64,000 nucleotides of DNA from the NCBI GenBank assembly GCA_032718475.1, contig JAUCBJ010001719.1:1-64000 (forward strand), given 5' to 3'. The first letter of the stretch is position 1; every line of letters begins with the position of its first letter. Below, piece after piece: positions 1 through 13,140 of the stretch. The translations under genes were made by a program, and so were the position numbers. The notes under the pieces were generated by a model that saw nothing but the letters and a program-made list of their open reading frames with translations, was not told the DNA's origin and did not search any database. This stretch comes from Nemertoderma westbladi. Taxonomy: Eukaryota > Animalia > Xenacoelomorpha.

Positions 1-1
1 G

Positions 2-2140
2 ACAAATAGTAAAGCCGCAGTTTCTCTATTGGAGCGGCCTTCTATTGACAAACAACCAGACGCGTTACTAGACGGTCAACCAGACATTTTGCCAGACACG
101 TCACTAGATATTTCGCCGGATGTTCCGCGAAACATTTTACCAGACATGTCACAAAATGTTCTACCAGACACTAGTAACATATTGACAAACAGTAAAGCCG
201 CAGTTTCCCTATTGGAGCGGCCTTGTATTGACAAACCACCAAATTTGACACACTTGAGCAACCATAAGCACAGTGAAACCTCATGTATTACAGATGTGGG
301 TAGTACCTACGCTAATGTAAATACAGGTGTTACTTTGCGCTCAAGAGACATACCAAACTTGCAACCTATGGTGAGACCCGGGATTAATATCGGCAGAAAA
401 ATAAGTTTATCGAAACCCAGTGACCCCATAGAGTTCAAACCACCATTAACGATCGACTTACAAAGTACTGACAACCAAGGTAAGAAAACAAAGAAGGACA
501 AATTACTTGTAGACCCGGACGGATTAACAGTCAACAAGGGAATACCTACCGGCGGACCCGTGGGCCCTTCTAGTAAATCAAAACCTTCCAAATTCTCCAT
601 TGACTTACCTGATGACGTCACAAATACTTACGTCGACCGTATTGTAAACCTAACAGATTCTTGGACAAACGCTTGCCGAAAATTAGCGTGGATTGTACGT
701 TTTGTACAATACGTTAAAGGCAAACGCGACTTTACACGTCGACTTACATTGACTGAGATTGACAGGTGTGAAATTAAATTAATTCGCCATTACCAACTGC
801 GATATTTCGCGCGCGAATTCACATCTATAAATCAAGGTCAACCAATCAAGTCGTCACCAATATTGAGTTGGAGTCCGATAATTTATAATGGCTTAATTTG
901 TCATAAATCTCGGCTTCAAAACATTGACTTTAACACAAACTTTAGATACCCAATAATAATACCGCAGCATCACGAATTACAACGTGCAATGATACTGGAC
1001 GCACATTTACATCTGAAACACGCTGGAAGACACCACTGTCTTTCCTACTTACGTACAAGATTTGTATTAATTAGACCCAGTAAAGCGTTAAGTTCAGTGA
1101 CACGTACGTGTATTATTTGTAAAAAGGTACATTCTAGAATAGGTACCCAAGAAATGAGTGAACTTCCACAAGCACGACTTCAAGCATTCAGACCACCTTT
1201 TACAGAGACTGGAATTGATTGCTTTGGTCCCATACATACGAAACGTGGACGTATACTAGTAAAACGCTGGGGACTGATTTTCACATGTATGTCCAGTAGG
1301 GCAGTTCATATTGAACGTGTGATGGATCTTTCCACCAACGCGTTTATACTAGCATTGCGGCGATTTATCGCTAGACGCGGACTAGTGAAATGCTTGTACT
1401 CAGACCAAGGGACAAACTTTGTTGGTGCCCGAAATGAAATTGCTAGAGCCTTTAAGAAATTAGATCATGATCAAATCTCAAACGAACTACGTCCTTACAA
1501 GATTGTTTGGAAGTTTAATCCTCCAGATAGTCCATGGAGAGGCGGAGTCTGGGAGAGATTGATTAGATCTATAAAAACAGCCATGGCAAAAGTAATTCCA
1601 GTAAACCACATTTTGACAGACGACCAACTGACAACACTGTTTGTTGAAATCGAGGCAATACTAAATACTAGACCAATAGTATTAGTACCCGATGACAAAC
1701 AATCCCAGTTTGCTTTGACACCGGCACACCTGCTTATGCAGGCACCGACTACATTGACGCCTATTTCTATTCCAATGGAAGGCGATAGCTACGGTAGAAA
1801 AGCGTGGAAAATCACGCAACTACTGGCTAACAAATTCTGGGAAATATGGCAAAACCATTATTTGCCCTCTATTTCTGCCAGAACAACATGGTACAATAAC
1901 ACCCGCGCATTAAAGCCGGGAGATCACGTGCTGTTAGCAGAAGTGAATCTAAAAAGACGCTTCTGGATAACAGGTGTAATTTTAGACACACATCCATCTA
2001 TGGATGGAGTGACAAGAACTGTGACGGTACGGACAATTGACGGTCGTACAGTAGACAGACCGACTCAACGTCTCGTACTTCTTGAAGAGACTCGTAACGA
2101 GTCTGGAGACTACAAATCTCCAACTAATGTTAGTAAATAA
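2..2140 (+). CDS. pol: BEL/Pao pol C-terminus: low-complexity linker, integrase zinc finger (HHCC), DDE core and C-terminal domain; open from the window edge
   Basis: Motifs HLHLKHAG...CIIC, GIDCFGP, FTCMSSRAVHIE, YSDQGTNFVGA, PWRGGVWERLIRSIK and LNTRP are typical of BEL/Pao integrase. Confidence 0.93.
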   Translation, partial: TNSKAAVSLLERPSIDKQPDALLDGQPDILPDTSLDISPDVPRNILPDMSQNVLPDTSNILTNSKAAVSLLERPCIDKPPNLTHLSNHKHSETSCITDVGSTYANVNTGVTLRSRDIPNLQPMVRPGINIGRKISLSKPSDPIEFKPPLTIDLQSTDNQGKKTKKDKLLVDPDGLTVNKGIPTGGPVGPSSKSKPSKFSIDLPDDVTNTYVDRIVNLTDSWTNACRKLAWIVRFVQYVKGKRDFTRRLTLTEIDRCEIKLIRHYQLRYFAREFTSINQGQPIKSSPILSWSPIIYNGLICHKSRLQNIDFNTNFRYPIIIPQHHELQRAMILDAHLHLKHAGRHHCLSYLRTRFVLIRPSKALSSVTRTCIICKKVHSRIGTQEMSELPQARLQAFRPPFTETGIDCFGPIHTKRGRILVKRWGLIFTCMSSRAVHIERVMDLSTNAFILALRRFIARRGLVKCLYSDQGTNFVGARNEIARAFKKLDHDQISNELRPYKIVWKFNPPDSPWRGGVWERLIRSIKTAMAKVIPVNHILTDDQLTTLFVEIEAILNTRPIVLVPDDKQSQFALTPAHLLMQAPTTLTPISIPMEGDSYGRKAWKITQLLANKFWEIWQNHYLPSISARTTWYNNTRALKPGDHVLLAEVNLKRRFWITGVILDTHPSMDGVTRTVTVRTIDGRTVDRPTQRLVLLEETRNESGDYKSPTNVSK

Positions 2141-2801
2141 TTAGGAGTTTACAAATAGATTTCCACGTACCTGTACACTGTAGTAAGGACAGCGGTAGAA
2201 TTCCATTGTCTTTATATGTGAACATTGAGGAGAGTACCCTTATGTGTCACATAGGAGCGGGATTTGTAGGTATAAGAAATGGAATTCTACTTGGAACTCA
2301 CAATATTGAGACATTTTCGAAATTTTAGACAATCCATTTGGATTTGAATAATTTTTAAAATTTTCTCCAGTGAATAGATTTCAGGGTACAGTCGGGTGGA
2401 ACTTAAAATTAGAGAAACAAGAGAGGAAGACTTGTGAGCCTTTCTTAAAATTTTAATTAAATTTTACACGGTCTTGTTTCAATAAGTTACGTCAATAAAT
2501 AGACTTCCCTATATTTATTACTAATTCTTGACTGCTTATTTTCTGATAATAGTTTGGGATCAAAAAGTGAGTATTTTAGACTCACAGCCAGTTTAGCCCA
2601 AATTCGTTTTTATTTCGGCAAAAAATTTTAGATAAGAAGCAGCGTGTCATTAAAGAAACCCTAGATCTTAGGCTATGGGTAGGAGGTTAGAGCGTTGTCG
2701 AGCCAAAAGGGCAGACGAAAACTCTCACATCTCCTCACAACTAACTACAAACTCTGTTGTATTCCCTCTAGTAGTATGATTATGTAACTACACTTCTAAT
2801 T

Positions 2802-4313
2802 ATGGAGAAAGGGATACAAGGAGAGCCGAGATGGGGATATGATATCCAAGAGGAAGCAGCAGCGCCATTCGAGAGATTTGGAGCCAAAGACTACACTATA
2901 TTTGGTATAAAAGAATTATCAGAAAGTACTGCGAAACTCGCGAGAACTAAATATGACTCGAATGTATTAAAGAGAAGGCAAAACGCATTAAATGAAAGAA
3001 TCGAAAGTTTGCGCAAAACCTTCAATGAACTTTACCCGTACGACGCTTTGTGTGATACGGGAGACATTAGCGAAGACCCCGATACTGAAATTAGTCGTTT
3101 GTATCATACCATGCAATACCTAAAGGCGCACGAACCTATGCCCGCGGTACGAGATGAATTCGATGGAATGCACCTTTACAGACGAACTCGAGGGGACGAT
3201 AGAGAAACCAAGGAAGCATTTTCAGTTTATAAACTTTATTATCAATGCGGTTCTTGTATGCGCGAACAACGAAATGCGATTCCGATGCGTTTGAATAAGG
3301 AAAATCCGAACCGATATTGGCGAGGTGTTCGAACCATCAACAACTACGCTACCAGGAAGGAGGGTATCCTTTATCAAATCCATATCATTCGTTTGCTATG
3401 ACTGGACCAAAGGCGGGAGAAATTGTCGTTTACCCACCTAAGGTTGTTGAACCCGATGCATTTGAACTTACGCTGGACGAGGCGAATCAGTCAACCCGCA
3501 AAAAGAAAGAAGCTCTTAGCCTATACAGAGCCTACAAGGCTTACGAGAAAGGTGAGATGGAAGAATGGGGCGGAAGACTCGCGAGCCTACCTTACCATTG
3601 GACGTCACACGATCAAACTTCAGCTAAGGAGATGACACCGGAAATTTTCGAAAGTATAAACTTTGCCCAAAATGTTCAATCGTATCACATATGGTGAATT
3701 TGACCGTTTTCGAACAGAAAAGCGAAATAAGGGAGCTTGGTTAACCGTCGCATGGGCGTACCGAGCCGCGTTTTACCACAAACGTATACGAGCGAGCGTA
3801 TTCGAGGAAGAGGAGATCCTAGAGGCGACAAATATACCAGCCACTCCGGTTGCGCCGTCTGCACGTCACCCTTGGGAGGACGGACAGGGTAGGATCATAA
3901 GGGTCCAGAAAGTGAGCCAACAATTAAAGAAGTCTATTAATATAGAAGAATGCAAGGGAGTTGAGCCAACCATTCGAATTACTCGGGATACGGTATCGCT
4001 TCCTAGAGAACCAACAGGAGGATCGGGACATACACCAGCTGATCAAAAGGGGGCGCAAGCTACTCTTGGGTCTGCGTCGTCCGCTTCCCGCGCGTTCCCA
4101 GACGTTTTACCAACTGTAGTGACAACTGATCGGTCACGAGGAATCGGTCGAGGTTTCGGGATACCAAATAGACGAATTTGCGAGGAAATAGTCACACCGT
4201 CTCCCAACGTCCAAACGAAACCAGTAACTCGCCCCACGAGTCCCATATCGCGAGCAAAGTCACCTGTGCGCAGTTTTCGAGGACGCGGCAGGGCTCGATC
4301 TACTAAGCGATAA
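2802..4313 (+). pseudogene. 3' accessory ORF of element A (unknown protein, ~500 aa, two frameshifts, basic C-terminal tail)
   Basis: Three overlapping ORFs (2802-3401, 3317-3697, 3663-4313) between pol and the PPT, with collinear similarity to the accessory ORF of elements B/C. Confidence 0.75.
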
Positions 4314-5142
4314 AAGGGAGGGCAAGGGTGGACGGAAGACTCTAAGATTTATATTTAGTAAGAATTTATATTTTGCAAGATTTATATTTTATATTTGTGA
4401 TTATTCCGAACTTATGCAATTTATATTGTTCCGAATATTATGCAATTTATATCTTATAAGCAGTATTTGTATTTACAGTGAAATAGAAAGTAAGAGTAGA
4501 TGGAAGACTCGTGGGCCTTTCTTATAGTTTCATTTGTAAAGTGTTATATTTGTATTTAGAAAGTTTTATAGTTAGAAAGTTTTGTACTTAGAAAGACTCA
4601 TATTTGTAATTATTCCGAACTTATGCAATCTACATTTAGGCACGAAAGTATTTGTAATTATTTGAATTTATGCAATATTTGAGATGCAATAGTAGATGGA
4701 AGACTCGCGAGCCTTTCTTATGATTTTCATTTATTTGTATTTGTAATTGTTTGAATTTATGCAATATTGAGATGCAATAGATTTATATTGGTGAATTTAA
4801 TTTAGATTGATATTGTACTTACTTAGTAAAGCCTTAAATATGTAAAGTTTGAATTTGTAATTATTTTGTATCGAATCATTATGTAGAAAGGAAGTATTGC
4901 TTGAAATTTAATTTGTAAATATGTAAGTACGCCCTAAGTATTCTATAATTTGATTGATTATTGGTGAAAACCGTATATTTTATGCACGATAATATCCTGT
5001 TTTCATGGAGCGGTATAGAATTATACTCTCTAAACGCCGTGGATTTTCAAAATTTTATTTTATTCGAATTAACTTTGTTAAAAGATTACATTAAGTCCTC
5101 ATTTGTATTTGCTATATCTATTTGTACGATGATTAGTCAAAT

Positions 5143-5227
5143 GGTTCAGTAGCTCAGTCGGTAGAGCGTTGGAAATTATATGTAGTGTGTATTGAGTTCG
5201 AATCCTAGTAGGCGCGAATTATTTTTT
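5143..5227 (+). ncRNA. tRNA-derived Pol III unit (A box, B box, oligo-T) inside the putative LTR of A; not a functional tRNA
   Basis: TAGCTCAGTCGGTAGAGC (D-arm/A box), GAGTTCGAATCC (T-arm/B box) and TTTTTT after it. The acceptor and anticodon stems do not pair. Confidence 0.7.
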
Positions 5228-5289
5228 GTGCAGAATTTCAACTAATTTAAATTGACCACTACAAATTAATTGCATTTGCTCGAAGTAAG

Positions 5290-5470
5290 ATTAACCAATG
5301 AGACTGTAGTTATTAGATTGTAACCAATGTCGTACGAGTTATATATTCGCTGGACCAATAGTTATCTTTAAAAACCTGTTAGAACTCATAGAACAATCGA
5401 GAATTTTCTCGATTGATTGCGGCACAAATTTGGTATAAAAGGTGCGATTTCGTTCATTAGTTCACTTCAC
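5290..5470 (+). promoter_or_regulatory. Pol II promoter-like block in the LTR of A
   Basis: Three CCAAT boxes (~5294, ~5324, ~5355), TATAAAA at ~5434 and a pyrimidine-rich Inr-like stretch ~25 nt downstream. Confidence 0.5.
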
Positions 5471-6914
5471 ACATTTCCCAATTATCATCTATCTCGGTAT
5501 TAGTTTATTTCAGATTACATTGTATACATTATTATGATTGTTGGTTATCTGTAATAAAGTCAGAATTATCGCTATATCTGCTCCTTTTCTATCTGTTTTA
5601 TCATGCTTCACCACGGTGAACTCAATTGAGGGACAGGATGGCTGGCTAAACATCGGGCCACAGCAATGAACGGGAACATCTAAGGAATGTAGACAGGAGA
5701 CAACCCGCAATATCACTCTTAGTTATTCGCCCATCGCCTGAAAGGTTAGACAGCGTTCGATGCCTTGCTACCTAAGTATAAGACCAAAGATCGAAGGTAG
5801 AGGTAGTGACACGCTGTACGCCTAAAATTACATCTAGGGACTGTACTGTTTTAATTCAGGAAAAAACCGCAGTAGACCTTCATATTCCTACGGGGGGGAG
5901 AGAGCAGGCAGAGATACTAGTACGCAGATAGGACATAGGCACACCGGTACAAGGCATACACATTGGTAGGGTGCAGCAAACTGTACGCCTAACTCTTGCT
6001 AAGTACAGGTGCGTCTGTGACTATTTGTAGTACAACGGTGTCCATTGCATTAGAACTTGTAGGCCAGGAGAGTTACTGTGTTTCACCTGAATTAGGATTG
6101 TACCGTTCAGGCGGTAGGGCAGTTTACGACTAGGCGCAAATAAATTGAGGCTATTTAGGGATACTAACATCTACCGTGTCCCCGCCGACATCCTGATAGG
6201 AAGTTACCAAGCCCACCTAGGTAACCAAAATTCTAGATAGGACGCCAGGCTAGCTATTAGTAACCGTACGCCTACTGTAGTAAACTAACACATTTCTTCT
6301 TAGTATTAGGGACCTGGTAAATTAAAATTGCCGAATTCTGGGCGTAGTATTAACCTTATGCCTGAATTTGAGTCCTGGAAATACGCAAGAGGGGAAGGAG
6401 CCTTATCATTCGTGAGTATTGGACCTACAAGTTATAAAATTAGAATATTTGTAAAATGCACACCGTACCCAGTAATTATATATATGAAGGAGCAAAACTG
6501 ATCTTGACTGTTCAGAATTAACACACGCGCGTTAGAAATTATTTACACCTCAAAATATATAAAATTAACTTTTGTCCGTACTGCACTTTGCCCGCTAGTT
6601 AGACATCTCTAGTCTCTTCTTTAGGCGTCTCTTTCGCCCAACCATATAAATCACACCGCGGCAAAGTATACGAGCCCCTTAGTCCGTCAGTGAGTCAGCC
6701 TGATTTTAGGATTCGCTGCGCGGGATTTTGTTTTATCGAAGTTTGTCTGTTCGTAGACTGTTTTCTGCCTCACCGGTTATAAGGGACCGATACTGCAATA
6801 TATATTCGCTTACTTGGAGTTTACTGTTTTGGTGAGAAGGGCGGATTTATGATTTGATTCACAAACTTTACAGTAAGATATTGCAGGTATTGTTACTGTC
6901 TCTTCCAAATAACG

Positions 6915-9900
6915 ATGGCCCAAGAAAGTTTTACGCGTCAAATGGCTAGAACCGAAGCCTGGCAAGCGGTAAAGGTGGGAGAGATCGTCAAGTTCAACGG
7001 AGATGAGATGAAATGGTTACCTTTTATTGAATATTATAAAGATAACATACAGAACTCTGTGCTATCTAATGGAGAGAAGCTTAGATTCCTCATCGAGTGC
7101 TTGGAAGGATCTTCCAAGTTAATGGCGTTAAAGTTTATGATGGATTAAGACAAGTTTGGGATACACTAAACATCAGGTATGGTAATAGGAATAACATGGC
7201 TAGGTATTTGTATGCGAAATTGGTAGCGCCACGAAAGTTTCTTAGCAGCGGGATTATAGAATTTTCCGATGAGATCCAGGATATTTGTAGACAATTAGAT
7301 TGGCTAGGTAAGTCTCATGAGTATCAGAGTTCTATGGTTATTGGAGCTGTAGCATCTACCTTGCCAAAGAGTGGAGTAGGTACTCGTTGGGACAAAAGAG
7401 TTCTATATATGATGGAACAACAACGAAGAGACCCTACCATGGCTGATCTCATGTCATTCTTAGATGGAGAGGTAAAATTACAGCTCCTAAAGCAGTCCAG
7501 AGAGAAGACACCGGAAAATAAGGTAAGTGAAAAACCCGTTTCTAGGAGAAAGGTAACACCAGTGTGTTATACAGACGACGGCGAAAGCCAGACCTCTCAA
7601 GAGGAGAACAACGGGAAAGACACCAAAAGATCTTACTATGTCAACAAAACACCTAAAGACGTAAGTAAATTTAAGTCTCGAACCAGTGACAGGAGAGAAC
7701 AGGTAACAAAAACTCCTCCTACGTCTCCCAAGAGAGTTCATGGAAGAAAGCCCGAGGAAAGAACGAGTGTGCACAACATTACCCAAGGTAAAGTATGTAA
7801 CATCAAACCAAAATGTGCATTGTGCGACGGGCCCCACCGTTTAAGTGTGTGTGATGAATTCGGCGAACCTGTTACTCCGATGCGAGGTGTGCTAAGTGCG
7901 GCGCGAAACATCATATCTTGTTGCACACCGAATTGGAAAGAAACAGCCGGAGTCAGGTAAGTGAGTCTGAACTACATGTCCAATTCAGTGATGTGAACGA
8001 TACTGACCAAAGTTCTGAGATGGAAGGATTCTACACGGATGAATTCTCCGACGAAAATGAATCCTGTTATCTAATAAACACCGCAGTGTATCGAGCGCTT
8101 ACGTATGAGACCGAAACCGATAACGAAGCGCACCCGGTTATTCCTGACCGACAACCATCCTGGAAAGCACCAACTTCCAACGTCGGAATCCGGGAATTCC
8201 CCGTAGTTCAGCTAAGAGTCCATGGGTCGAGTAAGAGTTTTATAGTCAACGCACTCCTGGACTCCGGCAGCACAGGAACGTTCATCGATAAAGAACTAGC
8301 CGAAGACATCTTTGCAGGACAACCCAAGTTCCGAACTAAGTTGAACCTTTCAGGAATTATGCAGGTTTGGAAATCTACCGTAGCTACAGACTACTATGTA
8401 GGTGCGTTGTCCACTCCCCAAGACGAACTAGGAGAACACAGTATAAGGTCAGTAAAAATGGTGGTGATAAAGAACTTTGCTACCAGCCAAGTAGAACCTT
8501 ACAACTGGGATGAAGACGATTTTACCCAGCAATATAATATCCCTAGATTCAACACCGACTACTCAGGGGTGCAAATTTTAATCGGCCAAAATGCGCATGA
8601 GGCGCTTGAGACATTAGAGAAACGACCTGCTCGACCGCAACCATTGCAAACTTATGCGGGAAGAACTAGAGTAAGTTGGTACTTCACTGGACCTTCCCGT
8701 AGAATGCTCATGGAAAGATTACCCCCTGAACAAGTGCACCAGGTGAGTGAATGGGAAGAAGAAATCAGTGAGGGAGAAATCACACCTGAGGGAACACCAT
8801 ACTCCTCAGATAACGACGATATTACCCAGCTATTTGACGAGGAAAATACGATAGACCTCCTCACTGAAAGTGAAGCTTGGAGAAACCAAGTGCACCTTTG
8901 CCATCTCATCCATCATGGCGGACAACTCAATTATGACGATGAGCTAAATGAGGTGATAGATCGACATAATGCTAAGATTCGTGACGAACACGCCGTACGA
9001 TTCTTTACTCAAGAAGCTGTAGAACCTAATTCCTACGACAAAGCACTATCAGTCAAGGAGGAAAGAGCCAAGCAGATCCAGGCAACGACTACACGTTTCC
9101 TTAGGGATCAAGGGAGGTATGAAATTGGTCTGCCATTTCGAATGCGAGAACCTAATTTTATAAATAACCGACCCTTGGCTGAGAAAAGAATCGCTCAACT
9201 ACATCGACGTCTTACGGCAAACGCTTCAGCTAAAGAGATGTACAAGACACAGCTGAAGAAATTCATCGATAAGGGATATGCGGAGCGAGTACCAGAAGAA
9301 ACACCCATAACTGAGAGAACGTATTATTTAACGTTACCAAACCCGGTAAACCCAACGAAGTTCGGGTAGTATTTGACGGCTCCGCCCTCTACATGGGCCA
9401 ATCCCTTAATTCGGAGTTGTTGCCGGGACCCAACTTACTCCAATCCTTGTTGGGAATACTCTTAAGATTACGGCAATATTCGATCGCCTTCGCCTCAGAT
9501 ATAGAAGGCATGTTCTTACAAGTTAAGGCGCTGGATAGGGATCGAGACAGCCTGCGATTTCTGTGGTGGCCTGAAGGAGACCTCAGCCAAAAACCTGTGG
9601 AGTACTGGATGACCATCCAGGCTTTCGGAATCATCTCGAGCCCCTCGAACGCCTGTTCAGTAGTGCGCACCACTGCTGATGACAACCGAGACACCTTCTC
9701 TAAAGCGGTTATCGACAACATCAAACGGGATATATACATGGACGATAATTTAAAGTCCCTCCCATCGGTGGAAGAAGCCATTGATGTTGCCAAGGGAATG
9801 GTAGAGTGTTTAAAACGTGGTGGATTTCGACTAACTAAATTCACCAGCAACTCCCATGAGTTTCTGGAATCGATCCCGGTAGAAGACCAAGGAGTTAAAG

Positions 9901-12614
9901 ATCTAGACCTAATCAAGGATGATCTTCCAGAAACCAAGACGCTTGGTTTGAAATGGGACACGGAGAGAGATATCCTGTTTTTCCAGCAGCGAGATAATCC
10001 AGTTCGAACTAAACTGATTTGTCTAAGTATCCTGAGCACTTATTTCGATCCATTGGGAATCATTAGCCCAGTTATATTGGTTGCTCGGAGTTTAGTTCAA
10101 CAAATGTGGCTTGAAAACCACTCGTGGGACGATCCACTTAAGGGAGAACTACTAAAGAAGTGGATGAAATGGGAAGATTCTCTATCATCCATCGAGAAAT
10201 TTATGATTTCCCGTTCATATTTTGGTCAGTCATGTTCTTCCAATGTATTCGTATCAACTCCATGTGTTTGGAGACGCCAGCAATATGGGAATAGGTATAG
10301 TAGCCTACCTGAGGGTTGAAACTCCGGATGGAATTAAAGTTGCCTTGGTTACCTCTAAGGCCTTGATAAACAACAAGCTACGAGTTCCTCGAGTGGAGTT
10401 AAAAGCGGCTCTATACGCTACAGCCATCGGCCGGAATGTCACAGAACAGATCGACTATCCACTGGAGAAAACTGTCTATTGGACTGATGCTTTACTCGTT
10501 TTGGAGTATATAACCAATGAAGTCTGTCAGTTCAGCGTCTTTGTTACCAACAGAGTAGCCGTTATACTTAGTCGCACTAGTGTAGATCAATGGAGACATT
10601 GCCCTGGGACGATTAATCCAGCCGACATTGCCTCCAGAGGAGCAACTCCTCAAGAACTGGTAGACACTCCGGACTGGTTAGGTGGACCCGACTTCCTAAG
10701 TAAAGAAGAAGATGAATGGCCTCCTCATCTTACCACGGCTGAGATTAGACAAGCCAAGGGAGCAGAGAAAGTCAAACCTAAAACCCGGACGAGTAAATCG
10801 AAGTTATTTAAACCCGTGATAGATCTGTCTGTACTACATCTTTCCGGAGACGACGCTGTGGATCTAAACTTCCCCGCCACAAATAAGTCTGTTGTGGAAA
10901 TCAGAGAGAGAGACTGGAAATCTGGAACACCAGACGTTTCGCAGGGACTCTCACCTCTCCTACAGAGGGCGATACATCACTATAGCTCCTGGAATAGGCT
11001 TTGTAAGGCCGTTGCGTATTTGAAGCGATGCTTCCATTATCACTACTCCAGGATGAAGATCACTAGTGATACCGCTCCACCGACATCTGTGCAGGTCCAT
11101 GCTATTAAAGATCTTCCCAAATATAAAATCTCAGATAGGTTTCTGACGGAGAAGATCAGTTACCAGGTGCATGAAGAAACCAATAAGCAGATACTGAGAC
11201 TCCTGCAATGCTATGAAGATTCCGATAAGTATTTCCTGTAGTTGAGAAATCCACAGATGCGCTTAAGGGATCGTTTCTCTAGCACAATGATAGATGGGTT
11301 AATGTTGGAGGGAGACTAACTAATGCTCCATTATCCTTTGACACTAAGTTTCCCAAACTTATTAGAAATCTTGAAATACAAATCAAGATGATTGTAGATG
11401 TTCACAGTAAGCTTTACCATGCTGGTAGAGAACGAGTTCTTAGCGAAATTCGAACTCGCTATTATTTTCATAAACCCCGTAGAGCTCTGAACCAAGTTCT
11501 TAGGAACTGTATACCCTGTAGGAAAGCATTCAGTAGGCCTTTAACACAGCGAGAGGTAGAATTACCTAGGGAGTGAGTAAGCTTCTATGAACCACCCTTT
11601 ACTAATACCGGTGTGGATTTATTTGGCCCTATTGAAGTATATCGTGCCAGGACTATAGTCAAGCGATGGTGTGTCATCTTTTTCTGTATGACTTGTAGAG
11701 CGATCCATTTAGATATGGTGAACGATCTATCTACCAACAGCTTCATACTGAGTCTACACCGACAGATCGCTCGCTTTGGAACTAGCAACACTATGAGATC
11801 TGATAAGGGGACGAACTTCATTGGGGCCAATAATGAGATCAAGGCTTACGTTAGAGATTGGAACCAAAGACAGGTGGACGATCAGCTAAGAGTAACAGCG
11901 TCTAGCTGGACATTCAACGCCGCCGACGCCCCTTGGTGGGGAGGAAGTTGGGAGAGATTAATAAGAAGCATGAAGACCGCATTTCACTTTATAGTGCCGT
12001 GCCGCGCGTATCTCACCGACGAACTTTTGCGGACGTTAATGGAAGAAATCGCCGCCTATCTTAACGAAAGACCGCTTATGCCAGTCTCATCGAGTCCCGA
12101 CTCCCTGGAAGCGCTAACACCCGCGCACTTCCTACTGAAGAAACCTGTAGCCATGCTCCCCCGATCGGAAATCACGGATGGAGATGAATACTGCCGACAA
12201 ACTTGGCAACTTATGCAGTTATTATCCCGTCGTTTCGCTGACCATTTCGAAAAACATTATCTGCCCATGCTACAACTTCGAACCAAGTGGTTTGCGCAGC
12301 AAGAAAACGTCAGCGCCGGAGACATGGTCCTTATTTTGGAAACAGATCTTCCATGTAAGCGGTGGCAGACAGGTCGTATCATCGAGACTCATATCTCAGA
12401 TGACGGTTTAGTGCGATCGGTAGAACTCGTCGTCATGCGACGTAACTTTAAGAAACCGGGAATTGTATTCGAAACACAGCAGCTCAATCGCCCAGTTGGT
12501 CGTTTATGTTTACTGGAGAGAGACAGAGAACTGTCCGGAAACTATGGAAGGCAAGATACTCTTCCCACGACCACCTCCCTAATCCAACAGACATCTAGGG
12601 ACTCCCCAACGTAA
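6915..12614 (+). pseudogene. pol: BEL/Pao gag-pol polyprotein with frameshifts, stops and deletions
   Basis: gag FNGDEMKWLPF; protease ALLDSGSTGTFI; RT SDIEGMFLQV and YMDD; Pao RNase H LHVFGDAS, RVELKAA, WTDA, NPADIASRG; integrase DLFGP, SDKGTNF, WERLIRSMK. The second gag Zn knuckle is deleted at ~7861 relative to C. Confidence 0.93.
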
Positions 12615-13140
12615 TAGCGTCTGGAGTGGGTGTGTGACCATATTATTTTATATTCGTTTTTTATTATTTTTATATTTAGGTATGTATTATTATGTAATTT
12701 TATAATAATCGTTTTCTTTAATTTTATTTAGTAGAATGTTATTTTAGCGATTATTTAGTAGATTAGTGCAATATATACTCGTGTTTATTACTTAATTACT
12801 TATATTATATATTTAGTGCAACGGCGAGAAATACTTCTTTTTTCTCTTTCCTTACTGTCTGTATCATATTATAAATGCGTGACTACAGTAAGATGAAATA
12901 TCCGTACTTATTAAAGTACAATAAAGCTCCTACTATACTTAAGTATTATTGGTAAGTAGAGTATTAGGAATGCAAAGTTCAGATCCTCGTGTCTCGGCTA
13001 AACCAAGCTCTGGGTAGACCTTGGAAATGACTTGCCTCTTCTCACTGACATTGCTTCTTGCAATATTGCTCTCATACCGTATATTAAATAATACATATAG
13101 TAGTGTGATGTCCCTTTAACAGTAGCGTACAACGCAAATA

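Larger units (their letters stand above)
1..5900 (+). mobile_element. BEL/Pao LTR retrotransposon A, 3' half (pol end, accessory ORF, PPT, 3' LTR); right boundary uncertain
   Basis: Pao-type integrase ORF, then an extra ORF, then TTTTCATGGAGCGG (5000-5013), which resembles the PPT of elements B/C (TTTTCTGGGAGCGG), then an LTR-like promoter region. I could not fix the LTR 3' end. Confidence 0.8.

Noticed and set aside
5143-5215. Functional tRNA gene
   Set aside because: The acceptor and anticodon stems do not pair.
5900-6905. Segment between the LTR of A and the truncated gag of B
   Set aside because: No LTR end, PBS, ORF or self-complementary PBS could be supported; left unannotated.
9389-10039. 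216-aa antisense ORF and other ORFs overlapping pol
   Set aside because: Shadow frames of RT/integrase with no recognisable motifs.
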